A stretch of DNA of 33,925 nt from Nitrospirota bacterium (GCA_963741205.1 CAVUHW010000009.1:1-33925); one strand, 5' to 3'; shown: positions 1-9,827, counted from the first letter of the stretch. Translations and numbers: made by a program. The notes: generated by a model not told the origin, from the letters alone.

Positions 1-22
1 CTTGAGGCTGAACAGTTCGATT

Positions 23-76
23 AGAATAAATCAGGCTACTCTTTCCCGGTCGGCAACAACAGCACCTACTAGGTGA
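23..76 (+). repeat. ~50-bp imperfect direct repeat, copy 1 (copy 2 at 947-1000)
   Basis: agaataaatcaggctactctttcccggtcggcaacaac...cctactagg vs agaataagtcaggctgcctttctcggtcggcatcaac...cctactaag. Confidence 0.7.
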
Positions 77-196
77 TAGAGCGGTTCGTCAAAAATTCCG
101 TGATTTATGGGTTGTAACATGGAGAACACGCGCCTGACGCGCCGTCTTTGGTGCGTCGCTGTCGAGGCGCTGGTTAGTATATTTTTTATGATAATT

Positions 197-805
197 CTAT
201 ATCCCCAGCATAATTCTTGACCAGTCAATGATTTTACCTTGTTCTTGGTAGCTATATCCTGTACCTGTATATCCGCAGTCTTCGCGTTGAACAACATCGT
301 GTAGTTGATGCAAGAGTTCCACATGCGCTTTGTAGTATTTGTCAAAATCTCTGTCATCTGGGACCACTGGGCATGGCTTAGTTTGATCAGCCTTCCACTT
401 AACATAATCTTCGTGCAGGTCAGATCTCCCCCGTATCGGCAACGATGTAGTCTCGTATTTTGAATTGTACAATCCGTTGTTATGAAGATAGCAATTCCGA
501 AACCGTCTAACGTGATCAACGTCTCTTCTGTTTTGATCTAAGCGGGCTAGCATGCCCTGGGATCCGTAAGTTGTTTTTGTTAGCCGATCAAAAGCCCAAT
601 CTAGCCGTGGCCTGTAATCGGAATTTCTGCCCTTAGCTTGCGGAATATTACGAGATTCCAATATTTCCCAGAAATCGGTAAGGACCCCTTCGAATATCGC
701 TGCCATCGCGATAAGGCAACTGCGAACATGATAATGTGGAAAAGTGCCTCTCATCACTGCCACTAGGTCAGCGGGAGCATAAACTCTACTCCATTCGTTC
801 GTCAT
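197..805 (-). CDS. hypothetical protein (possibly 5'-truncated)
   Basis: 202-aa ORF with protein-like composition; no recognised motif; flanked on both sides by repeat units. Confidence 0.6.
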   Translation of the reverse strand: MTNEWSRVYAPADLVAVMRGTFPHYHVRSCLIAMAAIFEGVLTDFWEILESRNIPQAKGRNSDYRPRLDWAFDRLTKTTYGSQGMLARLDQNRRDVDHVRRFRNCYLHNNGLYNSKYETTSLPIRGRSDLHEDYVKWKADQTKPCPVVPDDRDFDKYYKAHVELLHQLHDVVQREDCGYTGTGYSYQEQGKIIDWSRIMLGI

Positions 806-842
806 TGGATGAAGAGGAGGCAGCCTAGATACAAGGTCGTTG

Positions 843-922
843 TTTTTCGGGGTAACTTTTTATCGAATACAAGGTGAAAACTGCAATTTCAGAAAGCCGC
901 AACTGTCAACGACTTCAGGATG
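843..922 (+). repeat. 46-bp-unit repeat family; intact equivalent of the IS110 target site
   Basis: 861-918 nearly identical to 13118-13175; cores TACAAGGTGA (868) and TTCAGGATGA (914) are 46 bp apart. Confidence 0.85.
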
Positions 923-946
923 ACAGTGAGACTAAACATTTCTACC

Positions 947-1000
947 AGAATAAGTCAGGCTGCCTTTCTCGGTCGGCATCAACGACACCTCCTACTAAGC
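947..1000 (+). repeat. ~50-bp imperfect direct repeat, copy 2
   Basis: aligns with 23-76. Confidence 0.7.
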
Positions 1001-1237
1001 GTCTGCTCTAACTTGAAAAACTACGAATTTCTACTTGAGCTTGCACTTGAACGCGCGGGTCATGCACCGCCTCTTTGTGTGTTACTGTGGCCCCGTTGGT
1101 TAATAGCCCCGTCAGAGGTTGTGAATACTCTACCAGTACAGCGTACGTCTGAACGACAATCCAACACTTACGAGAGACGTGCTGCCAAACCGATTCCGGC
1201 AAATATTCCTACTCTTAACCACCGAGAGAGCTGATTT

Positions 1238-1522
1238 TCAATATCCTTCGGGACACCAGCCGGCATGTCCTGCTTTAATACTTTTCAGCACATCATCCTC
1301 TACGATAATCTCCACTTTATCGCCGACTTTAAATTTATCGAGATCAATAGACTTGTCTGCCTTGAGCGTTACATCCTTCCCGCCCTCGGCGCAAAATACA
1401 ATCGTCGCTGTTTTCGTATCAACACTTTTAATGGTGCCTGTCAGTGTTGCCGCTGCAAAAGCCAGAGATACCAAGGAAATAAGCAGTGCGCATGCCGTGA
1501 ACGCTATTACCATTTTCTTCAT
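1238..1522 (-). CDS. small secreted OB-fold-like protein
   Basis: signal peptide MKKMVIAF...AFAA; GTIKSVD...KVGDKVEI pattern; GGAG RBS; directly downstream of the cytochrome gene. Confidence 0.75.
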   Translation of the reverse strand: MKKMVIAFTACALLISLVSLAFAAATLTGTIKSVDTKTATIVFCAEGGKDVTLKADKSIDLDKFKVGDKVEIIVEDDVLKSIKAGHAGWCPEGY

Positions 1523-1645
1523 TATTATTCTCCTTACAGGACCTGATGAAGCTTATACATTTCTCCTTTTCCATTGTCAGGGTTTTTCTCCAAACGCACC
1601 CCTGGTCCTGACCGGAGGCCATGAGGGTCCGATCTCGTATTCAGC

Positions 1646-2650
1646 TTACCGGCCAAGAAAGGCCTTCGGGGCTCTATATTCATGGCATGCCACACAGGTT
1701 TTCTTGGCCTGCTCGTTCGTTATTGTCCAGACATGGGGCTTGTGGCACTCCTTGCATTTCATGCCCGAATCCTGAACATGGGTCTTGTGTTTGCCGACCG
1801 CCATGATATTTTTATGGCATGAGAGGCAGTTGCCCCAGTCAGGCCGTGAGGCTTTGTGCGGCTTGTGGCATTCATAGCAGTTGAACTGCATGGGCCCGTT
1901 TTCCGGCCTGTCTATCTTTATCGCCCGGCTGGATCGTTTTTTCATCGGGCTGGAAATGGGTGACATCGAGTGTCGCGTCAGCCAGCAGTTCTTTCCTGTA
2001 TTTTTCGCGCGCCATGGCAGAAGAGGCACTTCTTCACCCCTGGTTTGAGGTCTTTTGTCCTGTCCGTATGGCAGTTGAGGCACGCAAGCTTCTCCATCCC
2101 TGTTCCGTGCACTTCTTTGTCCTTGTGGCAGGTCAGGCAATATCTTTCCTCGAGGCTGAACTGATGGGTCCGGTAGCCGTGACATTTTGTACATTCGATC
2201 TTTTCCATAAAGACATGCTTTGCGTGGTATCTCGAATTGGCTATGTTCGGCGCGTTCGGCTCTTTATCGTTCTTTTCCCAATGGCAGGAAAAGCATGATC
2301 TTCCACGGCACGATAACTTCACCGTGCCGGGGTGAAACCTTGTTATGGCCGAGCACGGCAAAATTGTAGACCTGTCTCATCTGGTCGAGCTTGGTGGAAT
2401 GGTGGCACTCATGGCAGTTTAGTCCATGATGTACGCTGGTCGACCATGCCTTGTTTGCGGCATCATGAACGTGACAGGTGGAGCATGCCTTGGGATCGTT
2501 CTCGAAATAATCGTTGATCTTATAGGCTGTAAAGAGGGACCCTAGTGAAAATATGATCAAGACTGCGATGATGATGATTCTGGCTCTGCTTGAAATGCCT
2601 GTGCTGAACCACTCACCTATTCTTTTGATAATTGAAAATGGATTGAACAT
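1646..2650 (-). CDS. membrane-anchored multiheme cytochrome c (NapC/NirT-like N-terminus, 11 CxxCH), frameshifted
   Basis: N-terminal TM helix then CSTCH, CHECH, CFSCH, CTKCH, CLTCH, CLNCH, CLFCH, CYECH, CLSCH, CKECH, CVACH across three overlapping ORFs; GGAGG RBS; frameshifts near 2297 and ~1920-2010. Confidence 0.85.
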
Positions 2651-3281
2651 GAAAAAAGCCTCCCTTGAGATCTGCTGCAAATTCTTATAGCTGTGCCAGT
2701 TATTGGTAAATGAAGAGGGGCAACAAGAAGTGTCATATTATTGCAACAAGATGCTGGTTGTCAAGGAATAATTGGAATTTGCTATGACCCGAATCAGCTT
2801 CCGACGCCTTAAATATGCCGATGATCCCCAAAACATTCGGCCTATCAGCACGCCATCCCGCATTGCTGCTTTCTGTTCCTGCCACATCATCTCTTCCTGT
2901 ATCGGTGACGTAGAGGATGAGCGGTAAATGAATGGAGATCTCCACAAAATACAATTGCACATGTATCAGCTCTCAGCATTCAAACTCGCAACAATTTCCG
3001 GAATTATTTTATAACGGGTCAATAATTTTCTCAATAAGTGATACAATCAATACAAGAGTAATTTAGTGCTGTATCGCTTGCTATGCGTTTTGTTCGCGGA
3101 TTGGAGATTGTAGAAAGTGTCGTTCAGGGTAAGCGGGAAGAAGGAACAACAATTATTTCGAGATGGAGAAAGTGCGGGAAGTGCTCATTATAACACACAC
3201 TTGGACCGAGCCTCTCATCCAATCATGGGGGCCAGTCAGCAGAACCGTCCAAGGCAGCTTGGCTTTTGATTGGAGGAAGAT

Positions 3282-4661
3282 ATGGATAACGGAAAGAGGT
3301 TGTTAATGAGCAAAGCGATATTATCAGAAATAAATGAGTACCCCGACGAGGCGCCTGAAGAAGTGATGGAAGAACTCGCGGACGAGCTGGCGGAAGAAGA
3401 GGAAGAAGAGCCTGCTTCGGCCGAAATCGCCGAGATTGGAGCGGAAGAGTTCGTCGGAGGCGTCGATCTGGTTGATTCCTACCTGAAGTCCGTAGGCAGA
3501 TTCCCCATGCTCAAGCTCGAACAAGAGCAGGAGTATGTCCGTATTCTCGAGGAAGGCAGGAGCGCGCTCAAAGCGATCGCGCTCAGCTCTCCCCTGGCAA
3601 TTCCGCGGGTCCTTGCGCTCGGCGCCAATATCGAGCAGGGGCTGGTCAAGGCGAAGGATGTACTGCGTTATCCGGGTGAATGGAACAACGCGTATGAGGC
3701 CGCTTTCATGCGCCTGCACGAGAGGCTCAAAAGACAATTCAGCCTACGCGATATGGTGGGGGCGACGGCTACTCTCAATGAAATGAGCCTCTCGTTCCGG
3801 GAGATAGAAAAGATGCTTAAGAAGCTCGTCACTATGGCAAAACACGCGGAGAGCGGCAATACCGCGGAGTTGGAAAAAATCAACATAGACCAGTTCACGC
3901 TTCGGGACATAGTCAACCGTATCGAGCTCGAGGAGGAGAGGGCAAAACAGGCCAAAGACGAACTGATCAAGGCCAATCTCAGACTGGTTGTTTCCATTGC
4001 CAAAAAGTATGCGAACCGCGGCCTTACCCTGATCGACCTCATCCAGGAAGGCAATATGGGTCTTATGAAGGCGGCGGACCGTTATGAATCGGGCAAGGGC
4101 ACCAAATTCAGCACCTATTCTTCGTGGTGGATCAGGCAGCGCATCATGCGCGCCATCCTTGATCAGGCGCGCACTGTCCGTCTGCCAGTACACCTTATCG
4201 AGGAAAGCACCAGAATCAGCCGTATTTATACCAGATACATGCGGGAAAAGGGCCGGGAGCCGGCAGCCGAAGAGATCTCAAAGATCCTGGGCTTGTCCGT
4301 CGCGCGGGTGAACGAAGTCCTTCGGGCAATCCAGCAGCCGGTGTCCCTGGAAACGCCCATCCTTGCCGAGGAGAAGGAGCTGAAGGATGTCATCATCGAT
4401 GAAAAATCGATTTCGCCTTTTAAATGCCTGGAGAACAGCGAGGCGTCCAGTTGCATCGAGGATGTGCTTGCCTCGCTGACGGACCGCGAAGAAAAGGTCA
4501 TCCGCATGCGCTTTGGCATCGGGGTTGGAAACGAATACACCCTTGAGGAAATTGGTAAATATTTCAAGCTGACAAGGGAACGCATCCGTCAGATCGAAAT
4601 CAAGGCCTTGAAAAAGCTCCGCCATCCTGCGCGCAGAAAACTGCTGCTGGAATACGCATAG
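3282..4661 (+). CDS. RNA polymerase sigma-70 factor, RpoD-like
   Basis: ANLRLVVSIAKKY, DLIQEGNMGLMKA, KFSTYSSWWIRQ, TLEEIG...TRERIRQIE; GGAGG RBS before ATG 3282. Confidence 0.93.
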   Translation: MDNGKRLLMSKAILSEINEYPDEAPEEVMEELADELAEEEEEEPASAEIAEIGAEEFVGGVDLVDSYLKSVGRFPMLKLEQEQEYVRILEEGRSALKAIALSSPLAIPRVLALGANIEQGLVKAKDVLRYPGEWNNAYEAAFMRLHERLKRQFSLRDMVGATATLNEMSLSFREIEKMLKKLVTMAKHAESGNTAELEKINIDQFTLRDIVNRIELEEERAKQAKDELIKANLRLVVSIAKKYANRGLTLIDLIQEGNMGLMKAADRYESGKGTKFSTYSSWWIRQRIMRAILDQARTVRLPVHLIEESTRISRIYTRYMREKGREPAAEEISKILGLSVARVNEVLRAIQQPVSLETPILAEEKELKDVIIDEKSISPFKCLENSEASSCIEDVLASLTDREEKVIRMRFGIGVGNEYTLEEIGKYFKLTRERIRQIEIKALKKLRHPARRKLLLEYA

Positions 4662-4751
4662 GTTTTGGCCGTGACACCGGGTGAGGGTATTAAAGTGCCT
4701 CTGGTTTCCGGAGGTTCAAGAAAACGCTTTGCCTATTGTTGTGGGATTAAC

Positions 4752-4810
4752 AAATTCGACAGGAAACGTATAAATTCGATAAATCTAAACGATTGCGACG
4801 TTCAGGATGC
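4752..4810 (+). repeat. 46-bp-unit repeat family copy
   Basis: aaattcgacaggaa (core 4755) and TTCAGGATGC (4801), spacing 46. Confidence 0.55.
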
Positions 4811-4856
4811 TAAATTCGCTGAATATTACGATCGCAAATATGGTTCTCTCAAACCG

Positions 4857-4894
4857 AAAAGAGCCTTCCAACCCGAGGTCAGAAGGCCCTTTTA
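4857..4894. terminator. probable bidirectional intrinsic terminator
   Basis: aaaagagccttc...gaaggccctttt hairpin between convergent sigma factor and HU genes. Confidence 0.65.
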
Positions 4895-4921
4895 CCGATG
4901 ATTGCTCACAGGTGATAGCTG

Positions 4922-5209
4922 TTATTTCTTCCCCAGGATCGCATCCTTTGCGGCCTTGGCAACCCGAAATTTGACAACCTTCTTCGCGGGAATTTTGATG
5001 GCCTCGCCGGTCTGGGGGTTCCTGCCCATGCGGGCCTTGCGCTGAACGAGCACGAGCTTCCCAATGCCAGGAAGTGTAAATGAGTTCTTTGCTTCCTTGT
5101 AGGCTATTTCAGCAATGTGAATAAGTATGTCACTCGCTGCCTTCTTGGTGATTCCGGCTTTCTCAGAAACACGCGTTACTAATTGAGCCTTGGTCATTGC
5201 TTTTGCCAT
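4922..5209 (-). CDS. hup: HU family DNA-binding protein
   Basis: MTKAQLV...RKARMGRNPQTGEAIKIPAKKVVKFR; GGAGG RBS. Confidence 0.95.
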   Translation of the reverse strand: MAKAMTKAQLVTRVSEKAGITKKAASDILIHIAEIAYKEAKNSFTLPGIGKLVLVQRKARMGRNPQTGEAIKIPAKKVVKFRVAKAAKDAILGKK

Positions 5210-5379
5210 TTGATCCTCCTTTGGATTTGTCGAATGTGCTTTACTCTTATGAATAACAATAGCACTAACAACTCACTTTTCATTTCGTCCGAGCAGATCC
5301 TGATATTTCGTTGGTGTGGTAGGTCAGCAAGAAACATGCATACTGGTGTATCAGTCAAAAACAACGCCCGTTTATGGAT

Positions 5380-6342
5380 CTACTTAAGTTCCATTTCCTT
5401 CAACTCCTTTATGCTCCTGTTAACTTCAAAGAAGTCATACCATTGTTCATTCTCGACCGGAAAGTTGACGTTGCTTCCGTAGACGATCCAGGAATCATCG
5501 TAGTTGGCAACATTCTCGTAATTGAGGAGACGAAGCACAAGATAGGTGTACGTGGACCGGGTCCCTGTCTGGCAGTGAGAGATGACGCGCGCTGTGCGGG
5601 GGATATCCTTGTATAGCGTTTCCACCTCGGAGAGCGGATGCATTCGGTATGTATCCGCAGTGTAATTCTTCTGGACCTTGATGTTCACGGCGCCGGGGAT
5701 GTGTCCTCCCCGCAAAGCCCGGATATCGGAGCCGCTGTATTCGGCCTCGGTCCTTGCATCGATGATAACCGCTTTCTTCCTGCCCTTCGCCGCGTCCAGG
5801 ACTTCTTCCGTGGTCGCCAACCGGGCTGGAATAACGTGTGCCTTGAACTGGGCCGGAGCGAGCGCGCTTTCCGTCTGCTCCACCTTGCCTCCATCCGTCT
5901 CCCACCTCTCGATACCGCCGTCATAGTAATGGACGGTGCATTTCAAGGATGGGCTGTTGCACCCGAGGTATTCCAGTACCCAGAAAGGCACGGTATTGTA
6001 GAAGACATCGACTGCCTTGCCGTACAGGATGATATGCTTGTCGCTGCCGATGCCTGCCGCCCCCAGGGTCTTTTCGATGGCTTGAACTATGGGATAAGAC
6101 CGGTGGGTGGGATCGCGCAGGGCCTTATCCGCTCTCTTCCCCAGATTGACCGCCCCTTGAATATGCGCTTCCATGTATTCCTCGGGAGTTCTTGTGTCCA
6201 GGATGACCCAGTCCGGTTTCCCGAGCTTTTCAGTAACGAATTGGGTATCCACGATCAGCTCCGATGGATACCCTGAGCCGGCGCCAACAATCGGCAGAAG
6301 TCCCGCAACAAATATGAGCAAAATGATTTTCGTTCTCTGCAT
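5380..6342 (-). CDS. secreted tandem-rhodanese sulfurtransferase
   Basis: signal peptide; ILDTR..EEY...HIQGA; GHIPGA; active-site CQTGTRS; YDDSW; AGGAGG RBS before ATG 6342. Confidence 0.9.
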   Translation of the reverse strand: MQRTKIILLIFVAGLLPIVGAGSGYPSELIVDTQFVTEKLGKPDWVILDTRTPEEYMEAHIQGAVNLGKRADKALRDPTHRSYPIVQAIEKTLGAAGIGSDKHIILYGKAVDVFYNTVPFWVLEYLGCNSPSLKCTVHYYDGGIERWETDGGKVEQTESALAPAQFKAHVIPARLATTEEVLDAAKGRKKAVIIDARTEAEYSGSDIRALRGGHIPGAVNIKVQKNYTADTYRMHPLSEVETLYKDIPRTARVISHCQTGTRSTYTYLVLRLLNYENVANYDDSWIVYGSNVNFPVENEQWYDFFEVNRSIKELKEMELK

Positions 6343-6437
6343 AATTGTCCTCCTTCCTCGTGGTTGCCTATATTCCGACGTGATAAGGTCCACCTTTGAA
6401 ATCTTTATATTCATACAGTATAGCATGGGTGTGTATT

Positions 6438-6569
6438 GAGCTGTTGCACGAATGCCGAATCTGCCCTGTTCATCGTTTTGAGCGTAAGCGAAGAATCTCG
6501 CTTTTCCAGGCCTGTTTCTGGACCCTTCACTTCGCTCAGGGTGACAAAATAGTGTTTGTGCAACAGGCT
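6438..6569. mobile_element. MITE/REPIN-like element
   Basis: terminal inverted repeats agctgttgcacgaa / tttgtgcaacaggct enclosing inner palindrome tgagcgtaagcgaag...cttcacttcgctca. Confidence 0.6.
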
Positions 6570-6604
6570 TTTCAGCGGTGGATTATTTGTGAGGTGCGTT
6601 AATT

Positions 6605-6646
6605 AATTCGAGATGAAGTGCGCAGATCCACGATTTGCATTTGACG
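6605..6646 (+). repeat. 45-bp-unit repeat family copy, left part (interrupted by the intron; continues at 7311)
   Basis: joining 6605-6646 to 7311-7325 restores a close homologue of 9828-9884. Confidence 0.85.
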
Positions 6647-7310
6647 ATCGCGGTAGGGATGCCCGTTACCGGCACCCCCGCACAGAACCGTGCGAGAAGG
6701 GTTACTTCACACGGCACCTACCTTGGGTAAATGACGCAAGACCGCTTGCAGACTACGACCTCACGTATCCTGTCAAGTCCGTTCAATTGCTTTCCCCGTC
6801 TCTGTGTACAGGTCGCAGACGACTTTCCAGAATTCCCCTTGGTCATCAGCCTTCCCTCCGGAACCTCCGCAACGAGTGAGGACACCTCGTATTGTTCGGC
6901 CCCTTCTTCGGTACTACGCCGATGTCAGACTGCTCGGCAGCGTGCATGTAAGGATTACGGCCACTGGCCTTCCCTTACCGTCCCGCCGATATTCCGGTCG
7001 GGAACTGCTGAGCTCTCCCGGTTCTCGAGCATAGAGTGTCCACGCATGCACAGGGTCTTCGACTCCGCGGGGCCGAACAGCAACTTGCTGTTAGCGCGCT
7101 GTTCGTGGTGCCTTCCCGATAGTTCAACTCGGTCGGCGCCCCGGACTCCAGATTTCGGAGCTCAATGGCTGGCCTACGTTTCCCCTGTCAACGCTTCACG
7201 TGCGGTCTCACGATCGCCCGCGCATGACTCGGGGCCATGATGGATCAGCTCGTCCTTTCATGTAGGGGACTTGCACCCCCTGCTCTATGCCGGTTTATCC
7301 CGGCGCTTTC
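6647..7310 (-). mobile_element. ORF-less group II intron (class E-like)
   Basis: minus strand: 5' GAAAGCGCCGGGATAAACCGGC...GGGGGTGCAAGTCCCCT; domain V GTGCCGTGTGAAGTAACCCTTCTCGCACGGTTC; domain VI ending CCCTACCGCGAT; EBS1 UGAACU (7121-7126) complementary to exon end AGUUCA. Confidence 0.92.
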
Positions 7311-7525
7311 TGAACTTCAGGATGATCTTCACACGGAACGTTTCGTTCGGAAGTTTTTATCCTTCAGCGTAAGTGCCCTTCTCGATGAACACCTACAACT
7401 GTTTTATCTCAATCGTACGCAACAGTCATCATGGCGGAGTGTAGGGTGCATATGAACGCACAACTGACTCATCGGTCGGGTTAATCAGCCCGACGGCGCC
7501 GAACTATTGGTTTGGATTGTCTATA

Positions 7526-7768
7526 TTAGGCCTTCACAGATAGGGTCCAGAGCGTCTCTGGTGCGATATCGATATTCCCCGGCCAAATGACAGTACCATA
7601 TTGGACGGACGCCTTAAAGAATAGCGGAGAATTGAAAAGTTTGACAAAGGGCTTTCTGTCGAAAAAGGGTTTCATGTCGAATATTCGTTGTTCTCCATTC
7701 TCAAAAACAAGCTCTAAAGTGTAATCTTCCCTAGTTTTTACGCTGACGACATCAAGTAGCGCTTCCAT
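7526..7768 (-). CDS. DUF2442 family protein (putative antitoxin)
   Basis: DYTLELVFENGE.RIFD...WPGNIDIAPETL. Confidence 0.88.
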   Translation of the reverse strand: MEALLDVVSVKTREDYTLELVFENGEQRIFDMKPFFDRKPFVKLFNSPLFFKASVQYGTVIWPGNIDIAPETLWTLSVKA

Positions 7769-7779
7769 AATATTCTCCT

Positions 7780-8049
7780 TTATTGAAGCGGCGCGATACG
7801 AAACGGCTCGTCACCAGCAACGGCGAGTTCCCAGTCTGCCATGAGTTCATCCCTATGAATATCAATCCAGACCTGCACCATTCGAAGTTGGCGAGGTGGA
7901 AAGTCTCCCGCAAGAACACGTCCGTCATCAATGGCTATCGAAACCTTTTTTCCTTGATATCGCGCGTGAATGTGCGGTGCATGATGTTGTTCGTTATCCT
8001 CATAAAAAATTGAAATAAGAATTCCGAAGAACATCGAGATTGTTGGCAT
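7780..8049 (-). CDS. DUF4160 family protein (putative toxin)
   Basis: MPTISMFFGI...HHAPHIHARY...IHRDELMADW...IAPL. Confidence 0.92.
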   Translation of the reverse strand: MPTISMFFGILISIFYEDNEQHHAPHIHARYQGKKVSIAIDDGRVLAGDFPPRQLRMVQVWIDIHRDELMADWELAVAGDEPFRIAPLQ

Positions 8050-8080
8050 TATTGCTCCTTCCTATCGATATTATAACATG

Positions 8081-9649
8081 TTACCGATATTTTGGATCTT
8101 TGCAATTGTTGCTTTCACTGAAGACCGAGCACACTACTTCCTCACCCCATATTTTTTTGCCTGCACGCTTTGGGTTTTCTAAGAAAGCCTGATTACGCTC
8201 GGTGAAATACCTATCTATTGCGAACTTGCACTCATCAACAGATTGATAGTCACTGTTGTGAATGACTGCCTTGGCCATGCCACTAAAAACGGATTCGATC
8301 ACATTTAAAAATTGCGCGCTCGAAGGAAGCGGGGCAAGTTCCACAAGTGGGGTATGATTTCTGTCTCTATATGTAGGTTCATTTACCTCTGTGACTTTTT
8401 CATAGAGTTTTTTGGAAGCGTGCCAAGAGGCCGCATCCCAGGAAAAATAAATTCGTTCTTCATCCGTGTATTTGGAAAGGAGAATTTCCAGTAATCTTAT
8501 CATTTCGGCGGTATTCTTTTTGCCGGAATAAAAGTGAGTAACTTGATTTGTGGTTAATTCTAATGCTGCAGTGCAGATAAGGCTGCCTTTACTCTTTTGC
8601 AATTGGGGTATTGTTCGCGTTTGATCTTTCGGGAAAAAAGCCCGCCCACCACGGATTCTAATTGCGACAGGACCAAACTCGTCGATGGAGAAGAACTTTT
8701 CGTTTTGTTTAAGACTGGAAAGAATATTGGTAATCTTTTTCAGCTTGGTACGATATTCTGGATCGGGACTTGTCAGAACCGTTCTTGCTTTCTTGAATGC
8801 ATAACCTTCTGAACGAACATATTCAGATATCATGGTTTTGCAAATTGTCTCACTATAAATATTTGAATATGCTTGTACTAACGTTTTTAAGCTCCAAGAG
8901 GTTCGATTGATATTATGGAGTGAAGGCGCTTCATGTATTAACTTGATTATTCGGTCCTTTTTGAGCTTAATGTTGTTAACTACCTGTTCTGGACTCTTTC
9001 TTGTCCTATGCAAGTCGAGATGCTCTAATCCTTTGTCTATAAAAACTGCATACCACTTTTTAATGGTCTTGCACGACCTTTCTATTTTCCTGCTTATTTT
9101 GGTTATCTGGCCTCATTTAAGCAAATCTAACAGGGCTACGGCTCGTTCCCATTTGCTCCGACTGTTCGAGGACCTCCATGCTCTCAGAGTTTTTTCAGTA
9201 TCCTTGGACACGTCTTTAATTTGCCATTTGTTGAATTTGACCTTAGCAAATCCATTCTTCCTGCGCCAGTTATGATAGAGAGAGACAAAATGTGAATATT
9301 TGAACCCCAAAGGCTCACTTTGATGATACTCATGCCAAAGAGTTATCAGGTTTGTATTTTCGTTTTCGAGGCGTTGATGGAATTGAAAAAGGCGATCAAT
9401 TAAACGGGCTTGTCTGACATTTTCGCAAATATTCTTCTGCGGCTTCAAGGAAGCCGCAACAATATTTGCAGACTGATTAACAATGTCAGTGTGAACAAGG
9501 TCGGAACTGTTGTACATTTTAATGTACGAGCGGACAGTAGATCGCGCGATTTTAAATGATCGTGCTATGGATGTAACACCAGCACCTTGAATAGCATGCT
9601 GGATTATCATACCTTTTATTTTCCCTGGGCTGATGCTTTTTTGAGTCAT
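8081..9649 (-). pseudogene. IS630-family DDE transposase with IstA(IS21)-like N-terminus; one in-frame TGA
   Basis: FSIDEFGP, WDAASWH, AQFLNVIESVF; ORFs 9113-9649 and 8081-9013 are in the same frame, separated only by TGA at 9113-9115. Confidence 0.85.
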
Positions 9650-9827
9650 GGCATGAATCCCGATAAGTTTAAAAAGTTAAGCAATGATTAGGCCATGTCG
9701 GTTTCAATATTTATGACGAATATATTACTGATTCATGGCGATGTCAATGATAACGATTGAGCTAGTCAACAATGGGGTTATCGAAAAGGACTGTCGATAT
9801 CGAAAAGGACAACGATGAGGTTTGTCA

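Noticed and set aside
2684-2698. Sigma-54 promoter for the 11-heme cytochrome
   Set aside because: TGGCAC is present but the -12 GC is missing at the required spacing.
3324-4625. Antisense and alternative-frame ORFs within long genes (here and elsewhere)
   Set aside because: Shadow ORFs of well-supported GC-rich genes.
4665-4901. 78-aa ORF after the sigma factor
   Set aside because: Overlaps repeat units and the terminator; TTG start, no motif.
6613-7455. Plus-strand ORFs over the intron
   Set aside because: Antisense to structured intron RNA; no protein motifs.
9113-9115. In-frame TGA as selenocysteine
   Set aside because: Transposase context with no redox motif or evident SECIS hairpin; nonsense mutation or read error is more likely.
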